The notes under the pieces: generated by a model
Seen by the model: only the letters and a program-made list of their open reading frames with translations
What the model was told of the DNA's origin: nothing
Databases searched by the model: none
Shown here: in pieces, positions 29,546 to 41,871 of the stretch
Layout: every line of letters starts with the position of its first letter
Position numbering within the stretch: position 1 is the stretch's first letter
Origin: Bryobacterales bacterium
Lineage (GTDB): Bacteria; Acidobacteriota; Terriglobia; Bryobacterales; UBA6623
NCBI GenBank assembly: GCA_963422375.2
Contig: OY729428.2
Location: 192,001 to 256,000 of the forward strand
Length of the DNA stretch: 64,000 bases
Direction of reading: 5' to 3'
Translations under genes and position numbers: made by a program

Positions 29546-30524
29546 CGAACCAGGAGTCTTCAGATGAAACGCAATCGCGTGCAATGCCAGAAGGGACTCA
29601 GCCTGGGCAAGTTCCTGCAGCGCTACGGCAGCGAGGGGCAATGCGAGCGCGCCGTCTTCAACGCCCGCTGGCCGGACGGCTTCCGCTGTCCGGAGTGCGG
29701 CTCCCGCCGGCACTGCCGCATCCGCTCCCGCAAGCTCTGGCAGTGCCATGCCTGCCACCGCCGGACCTCCCTCGTCGCCTCGTCGCCGGCACGATCTTGG
29801 CCGCCACCCAGCTGCCGCTGACCGTCCGGTTGCTGGCGATCCACCTGCTGACGCAGGGCAAGCACGGCGTTTCGTCGCTGGAACTGGCGCGGCAGCCGGG
29901 CGTCAGCCGGAACACGGCTTGGAAGGTGCAGCGCAAGCTCCTGCAAGTGATGAAGGAGCGCGACGAGCGCGTGCCGCCGGGCGGCATCGTGCAGGTGGAC
30001 GACGCCTGCTGGGGCGGGGAGCGGAGCGGCGGCAAGCGCGGTCGCGGCGCGGCGGGCAAGACGCCGTTCGTGGCCGCCGTGCAGGTCACCGCCGCCGGCC
30101 AGCCGGCAAGGATGCGCCTGAGCAGCGTGGCGGGCTTGCGCAAGAAGACGCTGGCAGCGTGGGCCGGGCGGCACTTGCAGCCCGGCACGGAGGTGCATTC
30201 CGACGGCCCGGCCTGCTTGCGGGGCGTGGCCGGCGCCGGCTGCGAGCACGTGCCGACCGTCACCGCAGGCGGGCAGCGGAGCTGCGCGGATTCCCGCTTC
30301 TTCCGGGTCAACACCATGCTGGCGAACGTCAAGCAGTCCCTGGCGGGAACCTGCCATGCGCTCGACGGCAAGCACCTGCCGCGGTGCCTCGCCGAGTTCC
30401 GCTACCGCTTCAACCGCCGCTACGATCCGGAGGCGCTGGTCCCCCGCCTGCTCCACGCCTCCGTGCGCACCCCGCCCAGGCCGTACCGCCTCCTAACCTT
30501 GGCTGAGTCTTGTGGGTAATCAGG
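29546..30524 (+). mobile_element. IS1595-family element; transposase (29564-30519) frameshifted, left end missing
   Basis: RWPDGFRCPEC Zn ribbon, VQVDDA, GKRGRGAAGKTPFV, HSDG, VNTMLAN, EFRYRFNRR. An 8-bp duplication (29771-29786) shifts the frame. Right end ...GGGTAATCAGG; no matching CCTGATTACC seen upstream. Confidence 0.88.
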
Positions 30525-30526
30525 AA

Positions 30527-32549
30527 CACCTATTGACCTACGCGAACGGTCGCAGCTTGGCCTACAGCGAGCTAAACTAGTGCTTGTGACAAAACCCTGA
30601 TATTTTGGGGATTCTAGCTAATAGATCCTCACCAAATGATAGCTATGGAAGAAACAGGCTGCGCCAATTACCCGAACTCATTGCCTCATATTCCATTTTC
30701 ATTGTGAGGATACAGTTAGTTCTGTTCTAGTTGTACACTTTTCCTGAACCTTGTCTCTTCAAGGTTTCTATTCAGAGCAATCCAGATCGCTGCAGACTGC
30801 CTATGCAGCCAGCGGCAAGGGTCCCGTCTTGAGACGCTCCCTCTCTCTGTCGCGCACGATCTCTCTGTCGCGCACGATCCGGCCCACTCGATGCACGTTC
30901 GCCGCCAGGACCGCCAGCCCGATCATCCGCCCGAATCCCTCCGCTCCCCGGTCCGTCACCCTGTCCGGACCGCGGCACTCGAGATTGTTGATCGCGGACT
31001 CCACGGCCGGGTGCGCCTGCCTCGCTGCCGCGAATTCGGGCGCGCCTTCCGTCTCCTTCGCCGCCTTCGACAGCCTCCCCTTCCGCGGCATCGCGTGGCA
31101 CGACAGCAGTTCCCCCAAGCGCGTCCGGTTCGCCGGGCTGTGAAAGCCCTTGTCGAAGCTGCAGCTCGACAGCCCCGCGTACAGCCCCTGCGCCCCCTCG
31201 ACGATTCCCACCGCCACGTCCGCGTCGCTGCCCTTCCACGTCACTTCGTGATTCATCACGAATCGGTGCTCGCTTTCCACGATGCATACCGGAACGCCCG
31301 GCTCCACCGGAACCCCCGCTTTTCCTTTCACGCACCAGCGCGTGTGTTCCTCGAAGATCGAGAACACTTTCTCCTCGTGCGGGATCTTCTCCCCCCGCAG
31401 CACGCGCCGCTCCACCGGGTCCGCCAGGAGCTGCACGCACCCGAGGTAACTCCTTGCCGCTCCCAAGGTTCCCTCGTCTTCCCCGGCCCGCTCCAGGGCC
31501 GCCAGCGCACCCTCCGCCCGCTGCGCTATCTCCAGGGCCGCCTCCAGGTACGACCGCACCCTCTCCGGGTTGCCTTGCCTCCTCTTCGCCTGCCGCACCC
31601 GCTTGAATTCCTGCTTCAGCGTCTTCGGCAGCCGCGCGCTCTGCCGCCAACCCGCGATGCCGCGCCCCTTGCACAGCGGCGCAATAGAGCGAACCAGGCA
31701 GCGCAACGCGTCCCATAGGAGACTCACGTCCGTCGGGCAATGCACGTTCGTTTCCACCACGAACGAGTCGCACCGCGCCTTCAGCGGATCGCCTTCCTCG
31801 TACCCCGCCAGCGCGTGCCCCTCCTGCACGACCAGCTGATTGATTTCCGCGAGGAGGTCGGGCGTGAGAAGCTTCAGATTCCGGTTGACTGTCCGGTAGC
31901 TGAAGACCTGCTCGTCGAGCGTCGCGTTCAGACCGAGGAAGCGCCGGACGTCCGCGTGCTTGTTCGCCAGCTCCGTCACGCGGTCGCAGTCGCAATTCAA
32001 TCCCTGCTTGAGCAGGCCCGGGACGAGAATGTTCCACAGCTGCATGCCGGGACGACCGACAGCAGGGTTGATCCTGCCGGACTCGCCTGCGGAAGGATCG
32101 CTTCCGTTCCCGCCGTTTCCGCTACTCTTTCCGAGGCCGAGGATACGGCTCTCGAGCAGTCCGAAAACCCTGTCCCGCAACTGCTCGGTGCGATAGATGA
32201 ATTGTATTCCTAGCAAGATGGCCGGGATATCGTCGCGGGAACGGACGTCGAGATCGATATCCTCGATTGCAGTCCGGCCAAGGGTGAGCTGGATCTCCTG
32301 AACGGTCCTCACGGGCGGTTCCTCAACGAAGATTGTCGCACAACCCCCGGAAACGCGCAAGCCGGCCCCGATCGCCCCGATCTTCGTCCCACGGACCTGC
32401 TGCAACCGCCCGGAAACTAAGGGCTTGCGCGTTCTGTCACAAGCACAAACTATCGACAGCAGGACGCAAAGAAACTGCGGGCCGACGGCTACCGCATGCG
32501 GGACATGGTGCGGTATGTTGTCAGCAACAAGCTGTTCCTCGAGAAGTAG
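30527..32549 (+). pseudogene. 3' remnant of a DUF1592/DUF1585-type gene, split by ISNCY copy 1
   Basis: Removing the IS and one TSD gives an in-frame [49 protein letters not shown]. It sits directly upstream of DUF1552, the usual partner gene. Confidence 0.7.
30580..32446 (-). mobile_element. ISNCY-family (ISDol1-like) IS, copy 1; transposase 32312..30801
   Basis: Terminal IRs GTGCTTGTGACA/TGTCACAAGCAC; 6-bp TSD AAACTA (30574-30579 and 32447-32452); RSRDDIP, RCDSFVVETNVH, KVFSIFE, SFDKGF, HPAVESAINNLE. Confidence 0.92.
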
Positions 32550-32582
32550 GTTGAGGAGCGGGCACGGTATGCAGAGGCACAC

Positions 32583-33922
<1,340 letters not shown>

Positions 33923-34549
33923 CACCCGGATTTGACGCTAGAGTGCGGGCGGGCCAGCGCAGTGCCCGAGCCTCGGCTAGACGCGGTGCCTCAGCAGACC
34001 CCCTCCATCCAAGGACAACCTGTTGAGGCAGCACACCTAGGTCGACCGCCAGCAGGTCCATGCGTCATGCCGATCTGGAAAACCACTCGGCAAAGCTTGG
34101 CCTGCGAGAGTTATCCTGCCCAGCCATTGCCTCCTTGCGCCGGCACAATGCCCACTTGATCTGCTCCCTTCGGCACTCAGGTCTATAGTCCCCAAAGGAT
34201 TTCAGCTCTCGCGGGCAGACCGGCTCGAACGCAAAGGCGGACGGGCCGCCCGCGCCCGGTCCGTTGCTCGACACCGAGCGTGCCGCCGGTCAGGACTGGC
34301 AGCGGCCAGCCCGACGGCCGCCGGAACAGCCGCTGAATTGGCGGAGCGGCTGACATGCCCAGCCGAAGGCCTGGGGCCGGCCTCGCAACTCTCGGTCGGT
34401 TTCCGCGCAAGAGCTTGGCGGATCGACTGAAGAGAATCCGCACGCTGCTGCAGGCAACACTGCACTGACTGCACGGCACCGGCAGGCATGCCTTTGGGCG
34501 GGCGCCAGCGCACCTTCATGCCGGAACCCTGCGCCAGCAGTGGCGAGAT

Positions 34550-35974
34550 TCAGGCGAACAGCTCGTCCACCGGAGCGTACGCGTCCTCGTCAGACACGGG
34601 CACGTAGTGGAAACCCTGTCCGAGCGGATCGTCTCTCCGCACGGTGGTCCAGTCGATGCCCATCGCCGAGTAAATCGTCGCCTCAATGTCTTCGGCCCGG
34701 ATGTCGCGATCGCGATGCCAGCCGGGCTCGGTCGTGAACGCTCCAGGACCCCTGCCGCCCTTGTCGTTGGTTTTGCCGATCACCTGCCCGCCCCGGACGC
34801 CTCCGCCCGCCAGCACGTAGAACATCTGCAAATAGTGGTCGCGCCCGAAGCGCGAAACGGACAGCGGACCGGGCGTGCGCCCGAACTCGCCGCACGCCAG
34901 AACCAGCGTTTCGGAAAGCTTTCCGCTTCGGTCCAAGTCCTCGATCAGGGCAGCGAACGCGGGGTCGAATTCCGCTGTCTGCCTGTAGATGTTGCCGAGG
35001 TCCGGGTCGTCGTCCAAGTAGATGCCGCTATGGTGGTCCCATCCGAATGACTCAACCTGGATGAAGCGAACGCCTTGGTCTTGCTCGACAATCTTCCGCG
35101 CGACCAGCACTCCATCGCCGAATTCAGTGCCGCCGTACCGCACGCTCTCCTCGGGCGTGAACTGGAAGGCAGCATCGACGGCCGGATTGAACATGAGCGC
35201 CCGAGCCCCTTGGTAGAACCTCCCCAGGCTGGAAGCCACTGCACCGTACGGCGATTCCGGGCCGCGCTTTTCGCTGTCGAGATCTTGCAACAGGCTCCAG
35301 CGCTCGTCAAACAGCTCGCGGCCCCCGGGATGAATCGAGCTGATAAGACCGTCCGGCGAGGCGTGAGCTCGAAACGGGCCGAAATCCGCCGGGAAGTAAC
35401 CCGCGCCCGCTACATCGCGCGCGCCTAGCGAGATGAAAGCCGGGAAAAGTTGGTCAGGACGCCGCGCGGAACCCTTCTCGAGTGCGACCACGCTCCCGAT
35501 GTGCGGGGCGATCTGCCCCCTGGTCGTCGTGGGGTTGCGTCCGATCTGGACCCATTTCTGAGCGAGGGGATGCGCCCTCGCCCATGCCAGTCCCGAACGA
35601 ATGATGGCAATCTTGTCGAGGATCCGCGCTGTGTTGCCCAGCAGGCCGGTTGGGAGGGTTACTTCGCCGAAGGATTCGGGGGCGAAATTCCTTGGCGTGA
35701 CGTTGCGAACGTGCTTGAAGTCGAACGTATCGACGTGGCTCGGCGCCCCCCGCAGGAACAGAAAGATGACGCACTTGGCCGTGTTGCGAGGCGAGACGGA
35801 ACCCGCGGCCACTGTCTCGCCCCGAGCCGCGCTGTCGGCCAGATAGTAGCCGGCGAGACCGGTCGAGACGTGACGGAAGAACCGTCGGCGCGACAGGTGG
35901 GGCCGCTCGAAAAACCACGGATGTTGCGGCTGCCGCCTCCGGACAACTCGCTCGAATCGCTCTCGCTCGGTCAT
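34550..35974 (-). CDS. DUF1501-family Tat-exported protein
   Basis: LSRRRFF twin-arginine motif; IFLFLRGAPSHVDTFD, GWDHH, FAALIEDL, GEFGRTP, RDH, AGGGVRGGQVIGKT. Confidence 0.9.
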   Translation of the reverse strand: MTERERFERVVRRRQPQHPWFFERPHLSRRRFFRHVSTGLAGYYLADSAARGETVAAGSVSPRNTAKCVIFLFLRGAPSHVDTFDFKHVRNVTPRNFAPESFGEVTLPTGLLGNTARILDKIAIIRSGLAWARAHPLAQKWVQIGRNPTTTRGQIAPHIGSVVALEKGSARRPDQLFPAFISLGARDVAGAGYFPADFGPFRAHASPDGLISSIHPGGRELFDERWSLLQDLDSEKRGPESPYGAVASSLGRFYQGARALMFNPAVDAAFQFTPEESVRYGGTEFGDGVLVARKIVEQDQGVRFIQVESFGWDHHSGIYLDDDPDLGNIYRQTAEFDPAFAALIEDLDRSGKLSETLVLACGEFGRTPGPLSVSRFGRDHYLQMFYVLAGGGVRGGQVIGKTNDKGGRGPGAFTTEPGWHRDRDIRAEDIEATIYSAMGIDWTTVRRDDPLGQGFHYVPVSDEDAYAPVDELFA

Positions 35975-35992
35975 CGCCGCTCCAGCCTTCAG

Positions 35993-38056
35993 TCAGTAGT
36001 TGACGTAGAACTCGGTCATGTTAAAGAGTGCCCACATCAGGCTGCTCGCCCGTCGGCCGCGCTTGCCCTCTTGCAGGTGGACCACGCTACGAACGAGTTC
36101 GTCTTCTGTTGGATGCCTGCTCAACACGCGCAGGAACAAGTCCGTCACTAGTGCGTCGTCGGCCAGCTTCAACGACTCTAGAAGGCTCCCTTTCCGAGCC
36201 ACCCGGTCCATGACGAACGGGCTGTTCATCAGGTTCAGGGCCTGTAGCGAGCTGCCCTCTTCGCCACGCGATGTCCTATCGCGGTCTCCGGGAAGGAATG
36301 AACGCAGCAGTCGGCGCACTTCAAGACTGCTCCCGCCGCCCTTCGGGACGCCAACTACATCCGGCAGCTGCATAGCGAAGCGCAGGCCCTGCAAATGAGG
36401 CGACGCCCTGTAGGAAACGGCGTGACCGCTGGCGATCAGCAGTGCGTCGTGAACTTGCTCCGCCGTGAGGCGCTTGACCTGATGGCGGACGAAGTAGCGT
36501 TCGTAGAGGGGATTGAACAGGCCCTCGTATCGCGAGGAGAGCTGGTATGCCTGCGAGGTTGCGATCTCCCGTAGCAGCCACTTCAGATCGAACCCGTTCG
36601 AGCTGAATCCCTTCGCAAGCCATTCCAAAAGATGCGGATGCGAGGGCTGAATCTCCCAGCCCTCGGGCGGCGGGGAGCCGGGATCGAGCCGGGCTAAGTC
36701 GAACTGGTCGGGTGGCTCGACGATGCCGCGGCCGAAGAGCTCGTGCCAGACGTAGTTCACCGCCGCCCGCGCGAATTGCGGGTCGGCGGTCAGGTGCAGG
36801 CCGACCTGCTCCCGCAGCCGCAGCGCCGGATCTGCCAACACACCGCCTCCGAACGGGTACGCAGACAAGACTTCTTGCTCCGCGTGCTGGCGGTCGGGAC
36901 GATTCCCGCCAACCGTTTGCGCAAGATACATTCCCGCCGTGTCTCCGGCCCAGGTCCGGTTCAGCTGGCCCGGCTCGAGATCGCGGATGGTGTAGAAATG
37001 GGCGACCGCCCTCTTGCCGGTCTCCGGATCCACCGGCAGGATGGCCTTCGCCATCCGCCACTTCTTGGGTCTGGGGATGTCGGAGAAGAATGCCGCCAAG
37101 CCCCATCCTTCGACACGCTTGGCCTTGGCACCCCAGACGCTCACGGCGTCCAGATGGCCCGCGCCGTCATGACAAAGCACGCAATCCAGCGCCGAGACAC
37201 CGAGAAAGTCGCGTGCAGTGACAAGCGCCAGCGAGTCATAGGTGTCCTGGGCGGGCCCGCCGGGCATCAAAGCGCCGACGACGTAGCCAACCGGGGACGC
37301 CACGACCGGATTCTCCTCGTAGTTTTCGTAGACCGACCGATAGTGCTCGAAGCTCGCGAATTCGTCCGGATAGACGCGGCCGTCCGAAGTCCCTTCTGCC
37401 GCCAGCATCTCGCGAGCGAGCGCGTCGTACGGCTTGTTGGCCTGCAGCGAATCCAACAGGAAAAGGTGAAACGCATCTCGGCTCGCGGGAAAGCGATTGA
37501 CGCGCACGGTCTTGGCTGTGTTGCGGAACAGGTCGCCGAAAAACAACGCCCAGCGATCAGCCCATTCGGGAGTTTGCAGGAGGGCATCCACCAAGCGCGC
37601 ACGCTTATCGGCGGAGGGATCCGCTAGAAACGTCTCGACCTCTGCACGGGTCGGTATGCGGCCCGTCAAGTCAAGGCGCACACGCCGCAGAAATTCGCTA
37701 TCGGACGTCAGGTATGTCAGCGGAACGCCCACCGTGTCGGCGGTCTTCCGAATGCAGTCATCGATTCCGGCACAGGGTCCGCCGTCTCCTGCAATCGGCG
37801 CGACCACAGGTGCAGGAAGAGCGCTCCGGCGAGGCTCCGGCATTAGCGAAAGCGCAGCGAGCGTATCCTTCGTCCGCAGGTGCATCGCGGCGAAGTCGCT
37901 GGCAGCAGGAGACGCAGGAGCCGAATAGGCGCATGCCGCGTGATTCGGAAACGAACCGTCCGGCGCTTCCCAGTCCAACTCGTGCTCATACGCGAGGGCC
38001 GGGGCAGCCGCTGTGACAAGCGCAAGCACAGCGCACAAAGATATCCAGCAAGGCAT
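35993..38056 (-). CDS. DUF1549/DUF1553 (Planctomycete cytochrome-like) protein
   Basis: Signal peptide; DSEFLRRVRLDLTGRIPT, NKPYD, CVLCH heme motif, VNYVWHELFGRGIVEPPD, PSHPHLLEWLA, RLTAEQVHDA, QALNLMN, WALFNMTEF. Confidence 0.9.
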   Translation of the reverse strand: MPCWISLCAVLALVTAAAPALAYEHELDWEAPDGSFPNHAACAYSAPASPAASDFAAMHLRTKDTLAALSLMPEPRRSALPAPVVAPIAGDGGPCAGIDDCIRKTADTVGVPLTYLTSDSEFLRRVRLDLTGRIPTRAEVETFLADPSADKRARLVDALLQTPEWADRWALFFGDLFRNTAKTVRVNRFPASRDAFHLFLLDSLQANKPYDALAREMLAAEGTSDGRVYPDEFASFEHYRSVYENYEENPVVASPVGYVVGALMPGGPAQDTYDSLALVTARDFLGVSALDCVLCHDGAGHLDAVSVWGAKAKRVEGWGLAAFFSDIPRPKKWRMAKAILPVDPETGKRAVAHFYTIRDLEPGQLNRTWAGDTAGMYLAQTVGGNRPDRQHAEQEVLSAYPFGGGVLADPALRLREQVGLHLTADPQFARAAVNYVWHELFGRGIVEPPDQFDLARLDPGSPPPEGWEIQPSHPHLLEWLAKGFSSNGFDLKWLLREIATSQAYQLSSRYEGLFNPLYERYFVRHQVKRLTAEQVHDALLIASGHAVSYRASPHLQGLRFAMQLPDVVGVPKGGGSSLEVRRLLRSFLPGDRDRTSRGEEGSSLQALNLMNSPFVMDRVARKGSLLESLKLADDALVTDLFLRVLSRHPTEDELVRSVVHLQEGKRGRRASSLMWALFNMTEFYVNY

Positions 38057-38125
38057 TGCGTGGTCCCGCCGTCCTCGTGTCAAGCATACTATATGTCCCA
38101 CCGTACAGTCGGAAGCAGGTACTCG

Positions 38126-38377
38126 CCTTGATCCCCGCTTAAGCAGCCGGAAATCGCGAGAAAACCTGGTTTCGACAGATTTTCGGGATCAGACTGGCAA
38201 TTCCCGCACAATCACCAGACTGACGCACCCGGTCCAAGACCGGTTTCCGGGGTGTCGCCGCCCACCACGCTCGCGGCAAGCCCCGGACGCCTCCGCAGCG
38301 CCCGCTCCTAGCGCTCTCTGTCCGTGCGGCCTGCCCTCAGGCCGGTTCCAGCTGGCCTGCCGCGTGCAGCAGCCAGT
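38126..38377 (-). mobile_element. Right-end fragment of an IS1380-like element
   Basis: Near-identical inverted copy of 40878-41161 (terminus CCTTGATCCCCGCTTAAG); cut by the IS starting at 38378. Confidence 0.75.
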
Positions 38378-40136
38378 CAGCGATTCTCAATTTGGGCATT
38401 TTGGGATTTCCAGAGTGTCTGAGAAAGGTGTCGAAGGCAGTCTCGCACTTGACTCTTGCTTGCGGAATGTGTGAGCTAGGGTGTATGCCCCATGTCCTGG
38501 ACTCGCTGCTGAGCGCCTTCCGCGAGACGGCCGCCGGCCTGCCCGACCGGCGCGACGGTCGCAGCAACAAGCGCTACGAGGTCAGCGACGCCGCCGGTTG
38601 CGCCCTGGTGCGCCCCGGCCTGCTTCTGCACCCGGTGCGAGTCGTTCCTCGCGTTCCAGCGGCGCATGGAGCGGGACGGCTCCCGCTCCAACTGCCGGAC
38701 CCTGTGCGGCGCGGGCCGCATCCCCTGCGACAACCGGATCCGCAACTTGCTCGACGACCTCGACCCGGCCGCGTTCGACCCGCCGTTCCGGCGGTGCCTC
38801 GCAACCGTGGCCGCGCAGGGCGCGCTCGAGCCCTTCCAGCGCCTCGACGAGCGCCTGCCGGCGGCTCCGGACGGCGTCCGGTTCCACCGCTCCGACAGGG
38901 TGCATTGCCCGCAGTGCTCGGTGCGGCGCGTCGGCCGCGAGCGCCGGCCGCATCACTTCCGCACCATGGCCGTCGGCCACCGCGGTGGCCGACGGCCACG
39001 CCACCGTCCTGCCGCTGATGCCCGAGTTCGCGTGCCCGCAGCAGGACGCGGCCGCGACCCGCGCCGACATGAGCGAGGACGCGCGCAAGCGGGACTGCGA
39101 GCGCAACGCCGCCAAGCGCTGGATCGCCGCTCACGGCGCCTGGCTGCAGGCCTGCCGCCCCGTCCTGCCGCCCCGTCCTGCCGGGCGACGACCTGTACTG
39201 CTGCCAGCCGGCCTGCGAGGCCGCCGCGGCGGCCGGCATGGACTGCATCCGGGTAGGCAAGCCCGGATCCCGCAAGCCCTTGTACGAGGTGCCGGAGAGC
39301 CGGCGGGCGAGCGGCGCGGTGCGCTCGACCGGCTGGCTGCCGCGGCGCGGGAAGGGCAAGCGGTGCGAGCGGCACCGTTTCCGCCGGACGGCCGCGGTGC
39401 CCCTGCGCCAGGGCCGCGACGCCCTGCAGGGCACTTGGGTCGAGTACGCCGTGGAGCGCGACGGCAAGCGCACCTGCGCCAACAGCTTCTTCACCGGTCT
39501 CGCGGTCACCGCGGACAACGCGGAGCCGATCGCGCGGGCCGGCCGGGCGCGCTGGAAGATCGAGAACGAGGGCTTCAACTGCCTGGCGCGGCACGGCCCC
39601 AACTTCAAGCGCAACTTCGGGCACGGCAAGGACGGGCTGGCCAACGGGCTGGCCGTGCCGAACCTGTTCGCCTTCGCGCTCCGCGCCGTGCTGCAGTGCG
39701 TCTGCGCGCTGTGGCAGCAGTGCCGGCGCCAGCCGGTCACGCCCCGCGCCCTGTTCCAGGAGCTGTTCCAGGAGCTGCAGGTCGCGCTGCGCTGGTTCCG
39801 CTTCCCGGACCGGCCGACGCTGCTGGCGGCGGTACGCGACGGACGCGCGCCTCCGGGCTGCCAGGCGGCCGGGCGGCCGGGGCCTGGACTCCGCGCAGTT
39901 TCGTGCCGGCAGCGTCCGGCGGGCGGCCGACCGTCGCAGCCGGCTACCGCCGGAGTGCGTCCGGCCGCGGGCTCGGCACTCCGCGGACCCGCGACGCGGG
40001 CCGCGCCACGGCCCTGCCCGCCGTCCGACGCTCCCGCGGGGCGGCCTCGGGAGCGCAACCTCTCGGTCAACTCATTCACCTCATCCTCCGAAACAACCTT
40101 CACGCACCCCCTTGACGGCCAAATTTAGAACCGCTG
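38378..40136 (+). mobile_element. Second ISNCY-type IS with multiply frameshifted transposase (starts 38485)
   Basis: IRs CAGCGATTCTCAATTTGG / CCAAATTTAGAACCGCTG (16/18 match); LPDRRDG, IPCDNRIRNLLD, HCPQC, RDCERNAAKRW, GRARWKIENEGFN, NFGHG. No TSD visible. Confidence 0.85.
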
Positions 40137-40470
40137 CGCGACGACCCAGACATCCTTCTCCAGAAGATGCGCCTTGTGGCTGCTGTTCCGCTCCGCCACC
40201 TCGAGAGCGTCGCGCCTGCCGTCGGGCGAGAGATCCTGGAATCGCGTCTCAGCCATGCGCAAGACGCGCGCTCACCGGCTCCGCCATCCAGAGGGGCATG
40301 ACGGCCCGCGCGGCCGCAAGCTCTTCCCGATCCGCCTCGGAGAGCGTCGGCAGGACCGCTTCGAGGCCGTCTTCGACCTCTTCGGGGCCAAGCCATGCCA
40401 GGGCCCGGATGACGTCGCCCGCCTTTCGGTGCGGCGCCGCCAGCTGCCAACGCGGAGCATGACGCTCTCT
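40137..40470 (-). pseudogene. Fragment of a type IV TA pair: DUF6088-like antitoxin C-terminus plus AbiEii-like nucleotidyltransferase N-terminus
   Basis: Manual translation: RHAPRWQLAAPHRKAGDVIRALAWLGPEE...MPLWMAEPVSARLAHG* (stop 40249), overlapping MAETRFQDLSPDGRRDALEVAERNSSHKAHLLEKDVWVVA (start 40256), which is cut by the IS end. Confidence 0.7.
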
Positions 40471-40480
40471 AACACAAAAA

Positions 40481-41161
40481 GGCGTACGTGGTGGTGCGGC
40501 AGTTGTACGAAGGGGAGCGGGGGCTGCTGGAGCCGCGGTACACGGTGATGCTGGTCAGCCGCGACGATCTGCCGGTGGCGGAGCTGATGCGGGGGTATCG
40601 CAGCAAGCAGGGGCAGGAGAACGCGCAGAAGGGGCCGCTGACGGACTTGGGACTGCACCATCCGCCATGCAAGTCGTACGCGGCGCACCAGGCGTTCTCC
40701 TTGTGCGGGCAGATCGCGCCGTGGCTACTGCGGCGGCTGCAGTACCAGCTGCTGCCGGGGGAGGCGCGGCGGCACGGCCTGCGGCCGCTGATCCGGCACT
40801 GCGTGCGCACGGTGGGGCGGGTGGTGCGGAGCGGGCGGCGGCAGAAGCTGCTGCCGAGGCGCGGGAACCTGCGCCCGGACTGGCTGCTGCACGCGGCCGG
40901 GCCAGCTGGAACCGGCCTGCGGGCAGGCCGCAGGACAGAGAGCGCTAGGAGCGGGCGGCGGTGGGGCGCTGCGGGGGTCGGTGCGCGTGTGCGGAGGCGT
41001 CCGGGGCTTGCCGCGAGCGTGGTGGGCGGCGACACGCCGGAAACCGGTCTTGGACCGGGTGCGTCAGTCTGGTGATTGTGCGGGAATTGTCAGTCTGCTC
41101 CCGCAAATCTGTCGAAACCAGATTTTCTCGCGATTTCCGGCTGCTTAAGCGGGGATCAAGG
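40481..41161 (+). mobile_element. 3' part of an IS1380-like transposase pseudogene plus right end
   Basis: YRSKQGQENAQK...LGLHHPPCKSYAAHQAF...VGRVVRSGRRQKL resembles the IS1380 YR.R...EN..K / P...F.AN / L..SGR..L motifs; ends GCGGGGATCAAGG. Confidence 0.7.
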
Positions 41162-41418
41162 ATGCCTACGGCGTGCGCGCCTAGGCGATCATGAGAGTTT
41201 GGCTCGGCGGGTGTCGCGCTTCGGCATTGAATGGGCGGGCATACTGGCGTCGGAAGGCCCGGAAGCCGGACGAGCGGATGCTGCCGTGCAACTTCGGTAG
41301 CGGGCGTGAATTCTGCAGGAGAAATGCCACGTTCCTGACCATGCAGCAGCTCGACCGCAGCGACTCCGACCAGCGCTGGGGCGGCTACCGCCACATTCCG
41401 GTAGAAAGGAGCCAGTTG

Positions 41419-41688
41419 ATGACGCAGCACGGTCCGACCCCTTCGTTAATCGGCGGCACCCTTGGTGCCGTCACATTTGACGTCACAGGCAGGAGAGCCG
41501 AGCGGCGGCGATGCGAGGAGGCGATGCCGAAGGGCATGGCGTGCATTCGCGTGTCGAGGCCGGGGAAGCTGGGGGCAGGCAGGGCGTATTGCGCGAGTTG
41601 CTTCGTCGAAGTAATTGACGATTCACAGCGGAGGCTCGACGAACTCCGATTGAAGCTGCGCGTCCGGACATGCGTTTCACCTGCGTGA
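41419..41688 (+). CDS. Small hypothetical protein, possible degenerate Zn finger
   Basis: AAGGAG SD; ...RRC...C...YCASC pattern, then a coiled tail; lies upstream of hsdM. Confidence 0.35.
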   Translation: MTQHGPTPSLIGGTLGAVTFDVTGRRAERRRCEEAMPKGMACIRVSRPGKLGAGRAYCASCFVEVIDDSQRRLDELRLKLRVRTCVSPA

Positions 41689-41871
41689 GACGGAGATGAG
41701 GATGGCGAGAGAACAGGGGCGCTCGGTGGAGCAGGGGCACCATTGGGACGGGCCGGACGCCGGGCAGTCCAGAACCGTGGCCGAGGGGGTGGGCGGGACG
41801 GTTCCAGTGCCATCTTTCCCCGTCGACGGCCGTCTTGACGGCCCCGTGGGAGGGGACGGAGGGGGCGTCCT

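Noticed and set aside
30801..32582. 593-aa transposase
   Set aside because: The N-terminal extension crosses the IS terminal repeat; all three copies agree on the GTG start (32312 in copy 1).
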